Shown here: positions 1-9,088 of the stretch, one piece after another
How positions within the stretch are numbered: position 1 is the first letter of the stretch
How the letters are laid out: each line of letters begins with the position of its first letter
From: Bacillota bacterium
GTDB taxonomy: Bacteria > Bacillota > Clostridia > Christensenellales > JAEXRW01
Direction: 5' to 3'
DNA length: 32,596 nucleotides
Assembly: GCA_030691525.1 (NCBI GenBank)
Contig: JAUYED010000073.1
Span: forward strand, 1 to 32,596
The notes under the pieces: generated by a model
Told to the model about the DNA's origin: nothing
What the model saw: only the letters and a program-made list of their open reading frames with translations
Database searches by the model: none
Position numbers and translations under genes: made by a program

Positions 1-1616
1 TTGACCTCTTTGATATTCGAGAATATCTTTTCATAGAGCGCGGGCTGGGTGCAGAGCGCGATCACCAGCGTCCCGTCTTCGATCAGCGCGATGGTGCCGT
101 GCTTCAGCTCTCCTCCGGCGTAGGCCTCGGAGTGGATGTAGGATATCTCCTTGAGCTTCAGCGATGCTTCCATGGAAACGGCGTAGTCCAGGTTGCGGCC
201 TATGAAAAAGATGCTCCTGTGCGCAAAATGCTTATTAGCAAAGCGCTGGATGGCGGATTTGTGTTCCAGCACCGACTGCGCCTTCTCGGGCAGCGTTTTC
301 ATCTGAGAAATGAGTTCCTTATAACGTTCCGGATGAATAGTGCCGCGTATCTTTGCGATGTGCAGCGCTATCATATAAAGCGCCATCAGCTGCGTATCGT
401 ATGCTTTGGTCGAGGCCACCGCTATCTCCGGCCCCGCCCGGGTATAGAAGACCGAATCCGCTTCGCGTGAGACGGAGCTGCCCACCACGTTGGTGATCGC
501 CAGCACGTGCGCACCGCGTTTTTTGGCTTCGCGCATGGCCGCAAGGGTATCCGCAGTTTCGCCCGATTGGCTGATGACTATGAAGAGCTGGTCTTTCCCG
601 ATGATGGGGTTGCGGTAGCGGAATTCCGAGGCGATGTCCATCTCCACTGGTATCCTGCACAGTTCCTCGATGATATATTTGCCCAGTATCCCGGCGTGCG
701 AAGCCGTGCCGCAGGCCGTGATCCTGATGCTTTTTATCCTTTTGACAGTCCGCTCATCCAGCTGTATTTCATCGAAATTTAGCGTACAGCCATCCTTTTC
801 AAGCCGGGGAAACAGCGTATCCCTCAGGGCTTTGGGCTGCTCGTGTATCTCCTTGAGCATGAAGTGTTCATATCCTGCCTTTTCCGCGGCGGAAACGTCC
901 CACGTGATATGCGATATATCTTTTTTGACTTTTTTGCCGAATTCATCGAATATCTCTACGCCCGAAGCGCGCAGCACCGCGATCTCGCCGTCATTCAAAT
1001 AATAAATTTTCCGGGTGTGCTCTAAGATCGCAGGCACGTCCGAGGCGATGAAATTTTCGCCCTCCCCTGCGCCTATTATGAGCGGGCTGTCTTTTCGCAC
1101 TGCAACGAGTACTCCCGGCTCGTCTTTGGAAATGACGCCGAGCGCAAATGAGCCCTCCAGTTCATTGACTGTTTTGAGGACTGCCTCGAAAAGGCTGCCG
1201 TCATAGTGGTGGTTGATGAGGTGCGCTATCACCTCGGTATCCGTCTGGGAAGCAAATGAAACGCCTGTATCCATCAGGTAAGCTTTTATCTTCATGTAAT
1301 TTTCGATTATCCCGTTATGGACGATGGCGATAGACCCCGAAAGATCGGTATGCGGGTGGGAATTTATATCCGACGGCTCCCCGTGCGTAGCCCACCTGGT
1401 ATGCCCTATGCCGGGGGAACCCGAAAGCCGGCTGGAGCAGAGGCGCGATTCCAGCGAGGAAAGCCGCCCTTTGCATTTCTCTACAGACAGGCCGCCGCTG
1501 CTGTTGCAGACGGCTATGCCGGCGGAGTCATATCCCCTGTACTCCAGCTTTTTCAGCCCTTCTATCAGTATCGGGACTGCATCCTTAGGCCCGATATATC
1601 CCACGATCCCACACAT
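1..1616 (-). CDS. glmS: glutamine--fructose-6-phosphate aminotransferase GlmS, 3'-truncated by the window edge
   Basis: Not in the ORF track because it has no stop inside the window. Manual minus-strand translation from the ATG at 1616 is open to position 1. It reads MCGIVGYIGPKD...HTRWATHGEPS...VHNGIIENY...SQSGETADTLAA...EASLKLKEISYIHSEAYAGGELKHG. These are the class-II amidotransferase N-terminal Cys and the SIS-domain motifs. A GGGGTGG RBS lies upstream. Confidence 0.9.
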   Translation of the reverse strand, partial: MCGIVGYIGPKDAVPILIEGLKKLEYRGYDSAGIAVCNSSGGLSVEKCKGRLSSLESRLCSSRLSGSPGIGHTRWATHGEPSDINSHPHTDLSGSIAIVHNGIIENYMKIKAYLMDTGVSFASQTDTEVIAHLINHHYDGSLFEAVLKTVNELEGSFALGVISKDEPGVLVAVRKDSPLIIGAGEGENFIASDVPAILEHTRKIYYLNDGEIAVLRASGVEIFDEFGKKVKKDISHITWDVSAAEKAGYEHFMLKEIHEQPKALRDTLFPRLEKDGCTLNFDEIQLDERTVKRIKSIRITACGTASHAGILGKYIIEELCRIPVEMDIASEFRYRNPIIGKDQLFIVISQSGETADTLAAMREAKKRGAHVLAITNVVGSSVSREADSVFYTRAGPEIAVASTKAYDTQLMALYMIALHIAKIRGTIHPERYKELISQMKTLPEKAQSVLEHKSAIQRFANKHFAHRSIFFIGRNLDYAVSMEASLKLKEISYIHSEAYAGGELKHGTIALIEDGTLVIALCTQPALYEKIFSNIKEV

Positions 1617-1650
1617 GAAACCACCCCGCAAAATTTAAACAGCTGCTTGA

Positions 1651-2997
1651 TCAATTCAGTTTTTCTTCGATGAGGCAGGCAAGCTCCGCAGCGTCATGCT
1701 CTATCTCGCGTTTGTCAGCCCCTTCGATCATAACGCGCACTAATGGCTCCGTTCCCGAAGACCGGATGAGCACCCTGCCATTTCCGTCGTATTTGCTTTC
1801 CAGCGCCGATATCTTATCCATGATCTGCTGATCTTTCGTGTATGCATCCTTGTTTTTCGCAGTGATCCTGGCATTAACCAGGACCTGCGGCAGGATCTTG
1901 ACGATGGAGCCAAGCTCGGACAGGGCTTTCCGTTTGGACACCATGATGGAGAGCAGCTTGATCGCAGTGAGCATCCCGTCACCTGTGGTATTCTCGTCCA
2001 GGAAGATGATATGCCCCGATTGTTCCCCGCCAAGATTAAATCCACCGCTCAGCATCTCTTCAAGCACATACCTGTCGCCCACGTTGGTTTTGATGATGCT
2101 GCAGCCGGCCTGAAGAAGTGTGATATCCAGGCCGAAGTTGCTCATCACAGTCGTCACCAAGGTATTTTTTTTAAGCGTGCCGTGTTTCATCATGTCCAGC
2201 GCGCAGATGGCCATTATCTTATCCCCGTCCACCAAAACGCCGCCTTCGTCTACGGCAATGAGGCGGTCTGCATCCCCGTCGAAAGCCAACCCGATATCCG
2301 CGCCGTGTTCACGGACCAGCTGCTGAAGCCGCTGCGGGTGCGTTGAGCCGCAGTTTTTATTTATGTTGGCGCCGTCGCATTCCGAATAATAGGGGATGAC
2401 GGCGGCTTTGAGTTCTTCGAATACCACTGGAGCGATGCTTGAGGCCGCGCCGTTGGCGCAGTCAAGCACGATTTTAAGTTTTTTGAATTTGGCTGGGGCA
2501 GCACCTATCAAAAATTCGATGTAATCCTGGGCGGCATTCTTCTGATGCACGCACCGCCCTACATCAATGCCGGTGGGAAGGGGTATTTTTTCGGCGTTAT
2601 GGAGGATGATATTTTCTATCCTTTCTTCGACCGCGTCGGGAAGCTTGAACCCGTTCCCGTCAAAGAATTTGATGCCGTTGTATTCCACGGTATTATGGGA
2701 TGCGGAGATGACGATGCCGGCGTCCATTTCGTACTTCCGCGCTAAATAAGCCACGCCCGGGGTGGGGATGATGCCTGCCATAACGGCCTCGGCTCCCACC
2801 GAGCAGACCCCCGCACAAAGCGCCGATTCCAGCATGTCCCCCGATACCCTCGTATCCTTCCCGATAAGTATCCTGGGCTTGTGCACCTCAGAAGTCAGGG
2901 TGTGCGCCCCCGCCCTTCCCAGTTTATATGCCAGCTCCACTGTCAGTTCGCTGTTGGCGATGCCGCGGACGCCATCGGTACCAAAAAGCTTTCCCAT
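1651..2997 (-). CDS. glmM: phosphoglucosamine mutase GlmM
   Basis: The product starts MGKLFGTDGVRG and contains the SASHN phosphoserine loop and GEQSGH. I moved the start from 3024 to the ATG at 2997, which has a GGGAGG 9 nt upstream. This gives 448 aa, typical for the family. Confidence 0.9.
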   Translation of the reverse strand: MGKLFGTDGVRGIANSELTVELAYKLGRAGAHTLTSEVHKPRILIGKDTRVSGDMLESALCAGVCSVGAEAVMAGIIPTPGVAYLARKYEMDAGIVISASHNTVEYNGIKFFDGNGFKLPDAVEERIENIILHNAEKIPLPTGIDVGRCVHQKNAAQDYIEFLIGAAPAKFKKLKIVLDCANGAASSIAPVVFEELKAAVIPYYSECDGANINKNCGSTHPQRLQQLVREHGADIGLAFDGDADRLIAVDEGGVLVDGDKIMAICALDMMKHGTLKKNTLVTTVMSNFGLDITLLQAGCSIIKTNVGDRYVLEEMLSGGFNLGGEQSGHIIFLDENTTGDGMLTAIKLLSIMVSKRKALSELGSIVKILPQVLVNARITAKNKDAYTKDQQIMDKISALESKYDGNGRVLIRSSGTEPLVRVMIEGADKREIEHDAAELACLIEEKLN

Positions 2998-3053
2998 TCT
3001 TGTCGGCCTCCCAAAAATGATCAAAGTGTGAATGATAGCTTATTTTTCTCTAT

Positions 3054-3083
3054 AGCATATGGCAAATGCCCCTTATGCGTCAA
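3054..3083 (-). promoter_or_regulatory. candidate sigma-A promoter for glmM-glmS
   Basis: On the minus strand: TTGACG (3083-3078), an 18-nt spacer, then TATGCT (3059-3054). It lies about 55 nt upstream of the glmM start. Confidence 0.35.
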
Positions 3084-3120
3084 CCCTTTGAAAAAGATCA
3101 AGTTGGTATCTTTTCCCTCT

Positions 3121-4035
3121 CTACTGGCGCTCCCGGATATATTTTATGGCGGAAATCGCAGCGACCGCACCGTCCGAAACCGCAGTGGATATTTGCCGGA
3201 GGGGCTTGATCCTGACATCTCCTGCCGCAAAAACGCCCTCTAAACTGGTCTTCATGTTCTCATCTACGATGATGAAGCCCTCAGGGGTAAGGCCGAGCTT
3301 TCCACGGAGCCAACCGGTATCCGGCGTTTGCCCTACAGCGATGAATAATCCCGAAACGGGGATATTTTTTATCTCCCCCGTTTTCAGGTTTTTGACGTCA
3401 ATAGACTCCAGAGCTTCGCTTCCTTTGAGCTTTTCCACGACGCTGCCAAGAATAAGTTCGCAGTTGGGCAGCCGCCGGACTGCGTTTTCTGCAGCTTTGG
3501 CGCCGCGGAGTTCTCCCCTGCGGTGGATGAGATACACTCTGGATGCGATTTTGGAAAGATAGGCCGCATCATCCAGCGCCGTGTCCCCTCCGCCGACCAC
3601 CGCCACATCTTTGCCGCGGAAGAATGCTCCATCGCACATTGCGCAGTACGATACGCCTGCGCCTGTAAGCTTTATTTCATCATCCAATCCCAATTGCCTG
3701 GGCTTGGTGCCAAGGCAAAGTATGAGCGCATGCGCTTCCCTCAAGCCGGCATTGGTCTGCACTTTTTTAACGCTGCCGTCCGCTTCAAATCCGGCAGCTT
3801 TTTCATAGATGACTTCGGCGCCGGATTTCTGCGCCTGCTCCAGCATCGCCATCCCCAGCTCGACGCCCCCGATGCCCTGCGGGAACCCGGGATAATTTTC
3901 GATCCTGGGGGCGCGGCTGGCCTGGCCGCCGGTCATTGAGCTTTCGATCACCGCCGTCTTCATGCCGCCTCTGCCGCTGTAGATCGCAGCGGATAACCCC
4001 GCGGGGCCTCCGCCTATGATAAGTATATCGTACAT
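3121..4035 (-). CDS. trxB: thioredoxin-disulfide reductase (NADPH type)
   Basis: Contains the N-terminal GGGPAG FAD motif, a CAMCDG redox CxxC, a second GGGDTA dinucleotide motif and HRRGELR (the NADPH-type HRR motif). The ATG at 4035 is preceded by GGGGGAAG. Confidence 0.85.
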   Translation of the reverse strand: MYDILIIGGGPAGLSAAIYSGRGGMKTAVIESSMTGGQASRAPRIENYPGFPQGIGGVELGMAMLEQAQKSGAEVIYEKAAGFEADGSVKKVQTNAGLREAHALILCLGTKPRQLGLDDEIKLTGAGVSYCAMCDGAFFRGKDVAVVGGGDTALDDAAYLSKIASRVYLIHRRGELRGAKAAENAVRRLPNCELILGSVVEKLKGSEALESIDVKNLKTGEIKNIPVSGLFIAVGQTPDTGWLRGKLGLTPEGFIIVDENMKTSLEGVFAAGDVRIKPLRQISTAVSDGAVAAISAIKYIRERQ

Positions 4036-4114
4036 ACGCTTCCCCCGTATAAGTCTAAGCTTCCATACTATTATAACCGTATGGAAATGAAATAAGAAAC
4101 CCTTTAAACGATAA

Positions 4115-4138
4115 AAGGACGCCTTTTCAAGCGCCCTT
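4115..4138 (-). terminator. candidate intrinsic terminator after rpsI
   Basis: Minus strand: AAGGGCGC-TTGAAAAG-GCGTCCTT, an 8-bp stem with one G-U pair. It runs into TTTTATCGTTT, directly downstream of the rpsI stop. Confidence 0.5.
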
Positions 4139-4147
4139 GCATAAAAA

Positions 4148-4543
4148 CTACCTCTTGGAGAACTGGGGTGCGCGTCTCGCGGCCTTGAGCCCGTATTTCT
4201 TTCGTTCCTTCATGCGCGGGTCACGCGTAAGGAAGCCGGCCTTTTTCAGTGCAGGCCGCAAGCTCTCGTCCACCTTCAGCAGCGCACGCGATATGCCGTG
4301 CCTTATGGCGCCGGCCTGGCCGGTGAACCCGCCGCCGTAGACATTGACCATGACATCAAACTTGCCGGCGGTCTGCGTCAGCTCGAGCGGAGACTTTACT
4401 GACATTTTCAGCGTTTCCATGCCAAAGTAATCGTCAAGCTCCCGCCCGTTTATCTGGAATTTACCTGTCCCGGGCAGCAGCCGCACCCGCGCGATGCTGA
4501 ATTTCCTGCGGCCTGTGCCCAAATATTGCACCTTTGTTGCCAT
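4148..4543 (-). CDS. rpsI: 30S ribosomal protein S9
   Basis: Reads [14 protein letters not shown]...C-terminal RRAPQFSKR. The first M in the track is a TTG. The ATG at 4543 sits 7 nt after AAGGAGG. Confidence 0.95.
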   Translation of the reverse strand: MATKVQYLGTGRRKFSIARVRLLPGTGKFQINGRELDDYFGMETLKMSVKSPLELTQTAGKFDVMVNVYGGGFTGQAGAIRHGISRALLKVDESLRPALKKAGFLTRDPRMKERKKYGLKAARRAPQFSKR

Positions 4544-4565
4544 CAAATTACCTCCTTGGGTCCTT

Positions 4566-4994
4566 TCAAATCTCCAGCGTCTCGGGGACCTGCGCCGTAT
4601 GGGGATGTTCGCCGCCCCTGTACACGCGCAGCTTGCGGAGCATCTGCCTGCCGAGCGTGTTTCCGGGAAGCATGCCGCGTATGGCTAAATATACGGCGAA
4701 TTCAGGCCGTTTTGCCATAAGATCGCGGTAGGATATCTCTTTCAGATGGCCGGCATAGCCGGTATGGTAGCGGTACTTTTTTTGATCCAGCTTCTTGCCG
4801 GTGAATACCGCCTTTTCGGCGTTTATGATTATCACATTGTCTCCTGTGTCCACATGAGGTGTGAAGGTCGGCTTGTTCTTGCCGCGAAGTACTGCTGCGA
4901 CGCAGCTGCACATCCGCCCCAATACCTTGCCCGATGCGTCCACGATGTACCACTTGTGGGCGATCTCGCCCGGCTTTGCCATATATGTCTTCAT
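4566..4994 (-). CDS. rplM: 50S ribosomal protein L13
   Basis: Reads [20 protein letters not shown]..., the canonical L13 N-terminus. I moved the start from 5018 to the ATG at 4994, which has GAAGAGG upstream. Confidence 0.95.
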   Translation of the reverse strand: MKTYMAKPGEIAHKWYIVDASGKVLGRMCSCVAAVLRGKNKPTFTPHVDTGDNVIIINAEKAVFTGKKLDQKKYRYHTGYAGHLKEISYRDLMAKRPEFAVYLAIRGMLPGNTLGRQMLRKLRVYRGGEHPHTAQVPETLEI

Positions 4995-5107
4995 GGCCTG
5001 CCTCTTCTTCCGCCGCAAGGCACTTGATGCCCTGCAGCCGTCATTGCATCATTCCCGTATTTATCGAATCTAACGCCCGGATCTAAAGCGGGCGAAAAAT
5101 CAACGCA
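4995..5107 (-). promoter_or_regulatory. 5' leader of rplM-rpsI; possible L13-type autoregulatory leader
   Basis: About 110 nt of untranslated RNA lies between the promoter and the rplM start. It contains the hairpin CGCCCG-CTTTAGATC-CGGGCG and further GC-rich pairings. The position matches the known L13 leader of Bacillota. I could not verify the covariance model by eye. Confidence 0.3.
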
Positions 5108-5113
5108 AATTAT

Positions 5114-5142
5114 ATATTAATCTCCGGTGCCTTGCGTGTCAA
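5114..5142 (-). promoter_or_regulatory. sigma-A promoter of rplM-rpsI
   Basis: Minus strand: TTGACA (5142-5137), a 17-nt spacer, then TAATAT (5119-5114). Confidence 0.6.
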
Positions 5143-5178
5143 GCAAAACTTCCTGATGTCCGGCCGTTCAGGCAGCCA

Positions 5179-5940
5179 TCAATCTTTCGTGAGCTCCCCG
5201 TCCCAGTCGTAATAGACTTTCATCAGCGTCAGCCCTTTGGCCGGCGCGGTCGGGCCGCCCGAAAGCCGGGACCGGCCTTCGAGCATCTCTTCAAGAGCAT
5301 TCCGCTCCAATCTATGCCTTCCGATCTCGATAAGCGTCCCTGCGATGATGCGCACCATATTGAAAAGGAACGCGTTGCCTGTGATGTCTATATGGATATA
5401 GGCGCCCTCTTTGGTGACCTTTGCGCTGTAAATAGTACGTACTGTTGTCTTCTGATCCCCGCCTGAGGCGGCAAACGCGGCAAAATCATGCGTGCCGGTG
5501 AGCCGGGGGACGGCTTCCTCCATGGCGGTAATGTCCAGCGGCTCCCGGACGTGCAGGCATGTCAGCCGGTTCAGGGCCAAAGCGTGGGGGCGGTTGTATA
5601 TGGTATATCTGTACCACTTCCCCCTGGCGGAAAACCGCGCGTGGAAATCCATGCCCACCTCGCGGGACTCGATGACCCGGATGCTCCGGGGCAGATGGGA
5701 GTTCATTGCATAGGCAAACTTTTCAGCCGGTATGCGGGATGCGGTATCAAAATGCGCCGCCTGCCCCTGCGCGTGGGCCCCTGCATCCGTCCTTCCCGCC
5801 CCTGTGACAGCGATATCTTCTCTGGTAAGCTTCTTAAGGCATTCCTCCAGCGCCTGCTGGATGGAAGAAGCGTTTTTCTGGTTCTGCCAGCCCGCGTATC
5901 CGGTGCCGTCATATTCGATGTATATCAATATCCTTGTCAT
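5179..5940 (-). CDS. truA: tRNA pseudouridine(38-40) synthase TruA
   Basis: Reads MTRILIYIEYDGTGYAGWQ...GAGRTDAGAHA, which includes the catalytic Asp motif. The track start at 5949 is a TTG, so I prefer the ATG at 5940. Confidence 0.88.
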   Translation of the reverse strand: MTRILIYIEYDGTGYAGWQNQKNASSIQQALEECLKKLTREDIAVTGAGRTDAGAHAQGQAAHFDTASRIPAEKFAYAMNSHLPRSIRVIESREVGMDFHARFSARGKWYRYTIYNRPHALALNRLTCLHVREPLDITAMEEAVPRLTGTHDFAAFAASGGDQKTTVRTIYSAKVTKEGAYIHIDITGNAFLFNMVRIIAGTLIEIGRHRLERNALEEMLEGRSRLSGGPTAPAKGLTLMKVYYDWDGELTKD

Positions 5941-5951
5941 AGAAACCAACC

Positions 5952-6764
5952 CTATACAGGTATCACCTTAGCATATGATAGGATGATGAACGCGCTCAGC
6001 GCTGCCACGGCCAGAGAGGCGGTCAGGTCGCTGATATGCAGGTGGAGTATCTTCATCCTCGTCCTTCCTTCGCCGCCCTGATAGCAGCGCGATTCCATGG
6101 CCAGGGCGAGCTCATCCGCCCTGCGAAAAGCGCTGATGAAGAGCGGTACAAGAAGGGGCACCATGTTCTTTGTGCGGCGGAAGACGTTGCCGCTCTCGAA
6201 GTCCGCGCCGCGCGCCGACTGCGCCTTCATGATCTTCTGCGTTTCCTCCAGAAGAGTGGGGATGAACCTGAGGGCGATAGTCATCATCATCGCAAGCGCA
6301 TGCACCGGGAATTTGATGTATTTAAGCGGCTTCATCAGCCGTTCCAGCCCGTCGGTCAGGGCAAGCGGCGATGTGGTCAGCGTCAGCAGTGTGGTCCCTG
6401 TGATAAGAAAGATAAGGCGGAGCGTCAAAAAGAGCGCCTGTTCCAGCCCTTCGAGGGTGATGCGGATCTTCCACCATTCAAAAAGGACTGTTTTGCCCTG
6501 GACAAAGAAGATATTCAGCACGAAAGTGAGCACAAGTATAAAGATAATGGGCCTCAATGAACGCAGCACGAACCGCAGCTTCACTTTGGACATGATGACG
6601 CTGAGGGCGAGAAACAACGCGAGCACAAGACAGCACCAGTAGCTGGTCACGAAAAAGACCAGTATGATATATATGAGGGTCAGGATTATTTTTATCCTCG
6701 GGTCAAGCCGGTGTACGAACGAATCTCCCGGATAGTATTGCCCGAGGGTCACATCCTTGAGCAT
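5952..6764 (-). CDS. ecfT: energy-coupling factor transporter transmembrane protein EcfT
   Basis: A polytopic hydrophobic protein with the ARGxxxE-type coupling helices (KAQSARGADFESG). It follows two ECF ATPase genes, and its start overlaps the ecfA2 stop by 1 nt. Confidence 0.85.
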   Translation of the reverse strand: MLKDVTLGQYYPGDSFVHRLDPRIKIILTLIYIILVFFVTSYWCCLVLALFLALSVIMSKVKLRFVLRSLRPIIFILVLTFVLNIFFVQGKTVLFEWWKIRITLEGLEQALFLTLRLIFLITGTTLLTLTTSPLALTDGLERLMKPLKYIKFPVHALAMMMTIALRFIPTLLEETQKIMKAQSARGADFESGNVFRRTKNMVPLLVPLFISAFRRADELALAMESRCYQGGEGRTRMKILHLHISDLTASLAVAALSAFIILSYAKVIPV

Positions 6765-7618
6765 CAGCGGTCCCCTTTCAGTTTTCCGGCAATATGTTTT
6801 GCCATCTCCTCAGCAGTGAATACGCCTTCGGGAACAAAAAAGCCCCTCCGCCGCAAGGCGGAGCCCAGCCGCGCCAGCTGCGGGACGTCAAGGCCGATAC
6901 GGGTAAGCTCGTTTTCATTGGCGAATACGTCCTTGGGAGCGCCTGAGGCGATCACGGAGCCCTCGTTCATCACATAGATGGTATCTGCAAGCTTTGAGAG
7001 CTCGTCCATATTGTGCGAAACCATGACGATGGTGCAGCCCGTTTTCTTTTTCAAGCTGACTATCATGCCGAGGATATTTTTCCGGCCTGTGGGATCCAGC
7101 CCTGCTGTGGGCTCATCGAGTATGAGCACCTTGGGACGCATGGCGATGACGCCGGCGATAGCGGCGCGCCGCTTTTGCCCGCCCGAAAGTTCAAAGGGGG
7201 ATTTGTCTGCTACATCGCTGTATTCCAGCTCCACGTGTTCAAGCGCTTCCCTCACGCGGTCTTTTACCTCATCTTCTGAAAGCCCCAAGTTCCTCGGGCC
7301 GAAGCCCACGTCTTTTTCCACCGTTTCCTCGAAAAGCTGGTATTCCGGGTATTGGAACACCAGCCCTACACTCATTCTCAGCGCCTTCCTGTCGTACTTC
7401 TGGTTTAAGTCAATGCCAAGCACGCTCAGGGTGCCGCTGGTGGGCTTTAGCAGCCCGTTGAAATGCTGCACCAGCGTCGTTTTGCCGCTTCCCGTATGCC
7501 CGATGATGCCGCAGAACTCGCCCTGCCGTATATGCATGCTCACTTCGTCAACCGCTTTGGCTTCAAAGGGCGTGCCCTGCTGGTATATATGGGTCAGCTT
7601 CTCTGTGATAATTGCCAT
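6764..7618 (-). CDS. ecfA2: ECF transporter ATPase EcfA2
   Basis: Has Walker A GHTGSGKTT, signature LSGGQKRRAAIAG and Walker B ILILDEPTAGLD. It is the second ATPase after rplQ, as in the Bacillus arrangement. Confidence 0.85.
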   Translation of the reverse strand: MAIITEKLTHIYQQGTPFEAKAVDEVSMHIRQGEFCGIIGHTGSGKTTLVQHFNGLLKPTSGTLSVLGIDLNQKYDRKALRMSVGLVFQYPEYQLFEETVEKDVGFGPRNLGLSEDEVKDRVREALEHVELEYSDVADKSPFELSGGQKRRAAIAGVIAMRPKVLILDEPTAGLDPTGRKNILGMIVSLKKKTGCTIVMVSHNMDELSKLADTIYVMNEGSVIASGAPKDVFANENELTRIGLDVPQLARLGSALRRRGFFVPEGVFTAEEMAKHIAGKLKGDR

Positions 7619-8442
7619 ATTTCCTCCACCATTTCAGGAACCTCCATGACGTCCGGCTTTACGGGGATGCCCTTGCTGCGCAGGATGTCCGCAAGATGGA
7701 CGATCTCGGGCGCCTCCATCCCCACAAGCTCCAGCGCCTTCGCCTGCAAAAAAACTTCCCTGGGCGAGCCGTCCATGACTATCCTGCCTTCATGCATGAC
7801 TATCACCCTCTGGGCCTGCAGGGCTTCTTCCATGAAGTGCGTGATAAGCACGATGGTCTTGCCTTCCTGCCGGTTGAGCATTTTCACCGTGTCCATCACC
7901 TCGCGCCTTCCCGAAGGGTCCAGCATGGCCGTGGGCTCGTCGAGCACGATGACCTCGGGGTGCATCGCAAGTATGCCTGCGATGGCTACGCGCTGCTTCT
8001 GCCCTCCCGAGAGGATATACAGCGCCTTTTCCGCATACGCGTCCATCTCCACAGTCTGCAGCGCTGCGTCCACGCGTTTCCTGATATCCGCCGGCGGTAT
8101 GCCGAGATTTTCGGGGCCGAAAGCCACGTCTTCTTCTACGATAGACGCCACCAGCTGGTTATCGGGGTTTTGGAATACCATCCCGACCTGCCGCCTTATC
8201 TCCCAGAGGTTCGCTTCGATCTTGGTATCCAGCCCTTTGATAGCCACTGTGCCTTCCTCAGGCAGGAGCAGCGCGTTGAAATGCTTGGCGAGCGTGGATT
8301 TGCCGCTGCCGTTTTCCCCGATGATGGCTACGAAGGCGCCCTGCTCGATCTCAAGGGAAACGCCGCATAGCGCCGGCACAGGAGCGCTTTCGTGGGCCGG
8401 GTAGCTGTATTTTATGTTGTCGGCTTTGATCATGCACGGCAT
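7594..8442 (-). CDS. ecfA1: ECF transporter ATPase EcfA1
   Basis: Has Walker A GENGSGKST, LSGGQKQRVAIAG and VIVLDEPTAMLD. The track start at 8505 is probably too long. ATGs at 8442 (MPCMIKADN) and 8433 both fit the family N-terminus. Confidence 0.85.
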   Translation of the reverse strand: MPCMIKADNIKYSYPAHESAPVPALCGVSLEIEQGAFVAIIGENGSGKSTLAKHFNALLLPEEGTVAIKGLDTKIEANLWEIRRQVGMVFQNPDNQLVASIVEEDVAFGPENLGIPPADIRKRVDAALQTVEMDAYAEKALYILSGGQKQRVAIAGILAMHPEVIVLDEPTAMLDPSGRREVMDTVKMLNRQEGKTIVLITHFMEEALQAQRVIVMHEGRIVMDGSPREVFLQAKALELVGMEAPEIVHLADILRSKGIPVKPDVMEVPEMVEEIWQLSQRS

Positions 8443-8559
8443 CTCGGATTTTTTACCCTCACAAAAATTTAGAAGTTGAAAATGGGAGGTTTCCAGGCGG
8501 CGCATATTGCTTTTATGCCCCTCCCTTACCTCCCGTGCAGTACTTTTTTGCTTGGTTGG

Positions 8560-9069
8560 TCAAACCAGTTCGAGGACCACAATTTCAGATGCATCGCCGC
8601 GGCGCATGCCTTTTTTTATGATGCGTGTGTATCCGCCGCCCTGGCCCTTTTCCGACGAGCGCTTTTCGTATTTGGGAGCGATCTCGTTGAAAAGCTTTTC
8701 GACTACGGGATGACTTATGTCCTTCGTGCGCTTTTTATAGTCGCCCTTGCTTTCATCATCCTTTTTAGGTTCAGGCACTTCATAGAGATAGGCCATTAGC
8801 CGGCGGCGCGCATGCAGCTTGGAAGGAGCGTCATTTTTGAATTCCCTTTCCACTAAAACTCCCTTTGAAGACTTAACGGCTTTTTTGACCATAGTAGTAT
8901 TGCCATGCTCTTTTATGGCCATGGCGATGATTTTTTCAGCGATGGAGCGGACTTCCTTGGCGCGCGCTTCGGTCGTCTCTATCTTGCCGTTCCATATCAG
9001 AGAAGTGACTAAGCCCCGGAGCATCGCATCGCGCTGGTCTGTAGGCCTGCCCAGTTTCCGTTGAGTCAT
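8560..9069 (-). CDS. rplQ: 50S ribosomal protein L17 (long form, 169 aa)
   Basis: Reads [20 protein letters not shown]...[25 protein letters not shown], with canonical L17 ends. The track start at 9081 is a TTG abutting the SD, so I used the ATG at 9069. The protein contains two internal insertions (see findings). Confidence 0.9.
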   Translation of the reverse strand: MTQRKLGRPTDQRDAMLRGLVTSLIWNGKIETTEARAKEVRSIAEKIIAMAIKEHGNTTMVKKAVKSSKGVLVEREFKNDAPSKLHARRRLMAYLYEVPEPKKDDESKGDYKKRTKDISHPVVEKLFNEIAPKYEKRSSEKGQGGGYTRIIKKGMRRGDASEIVVLELV

Positions 9070-9088
9070 TTTAATATTCAATCTCCCT

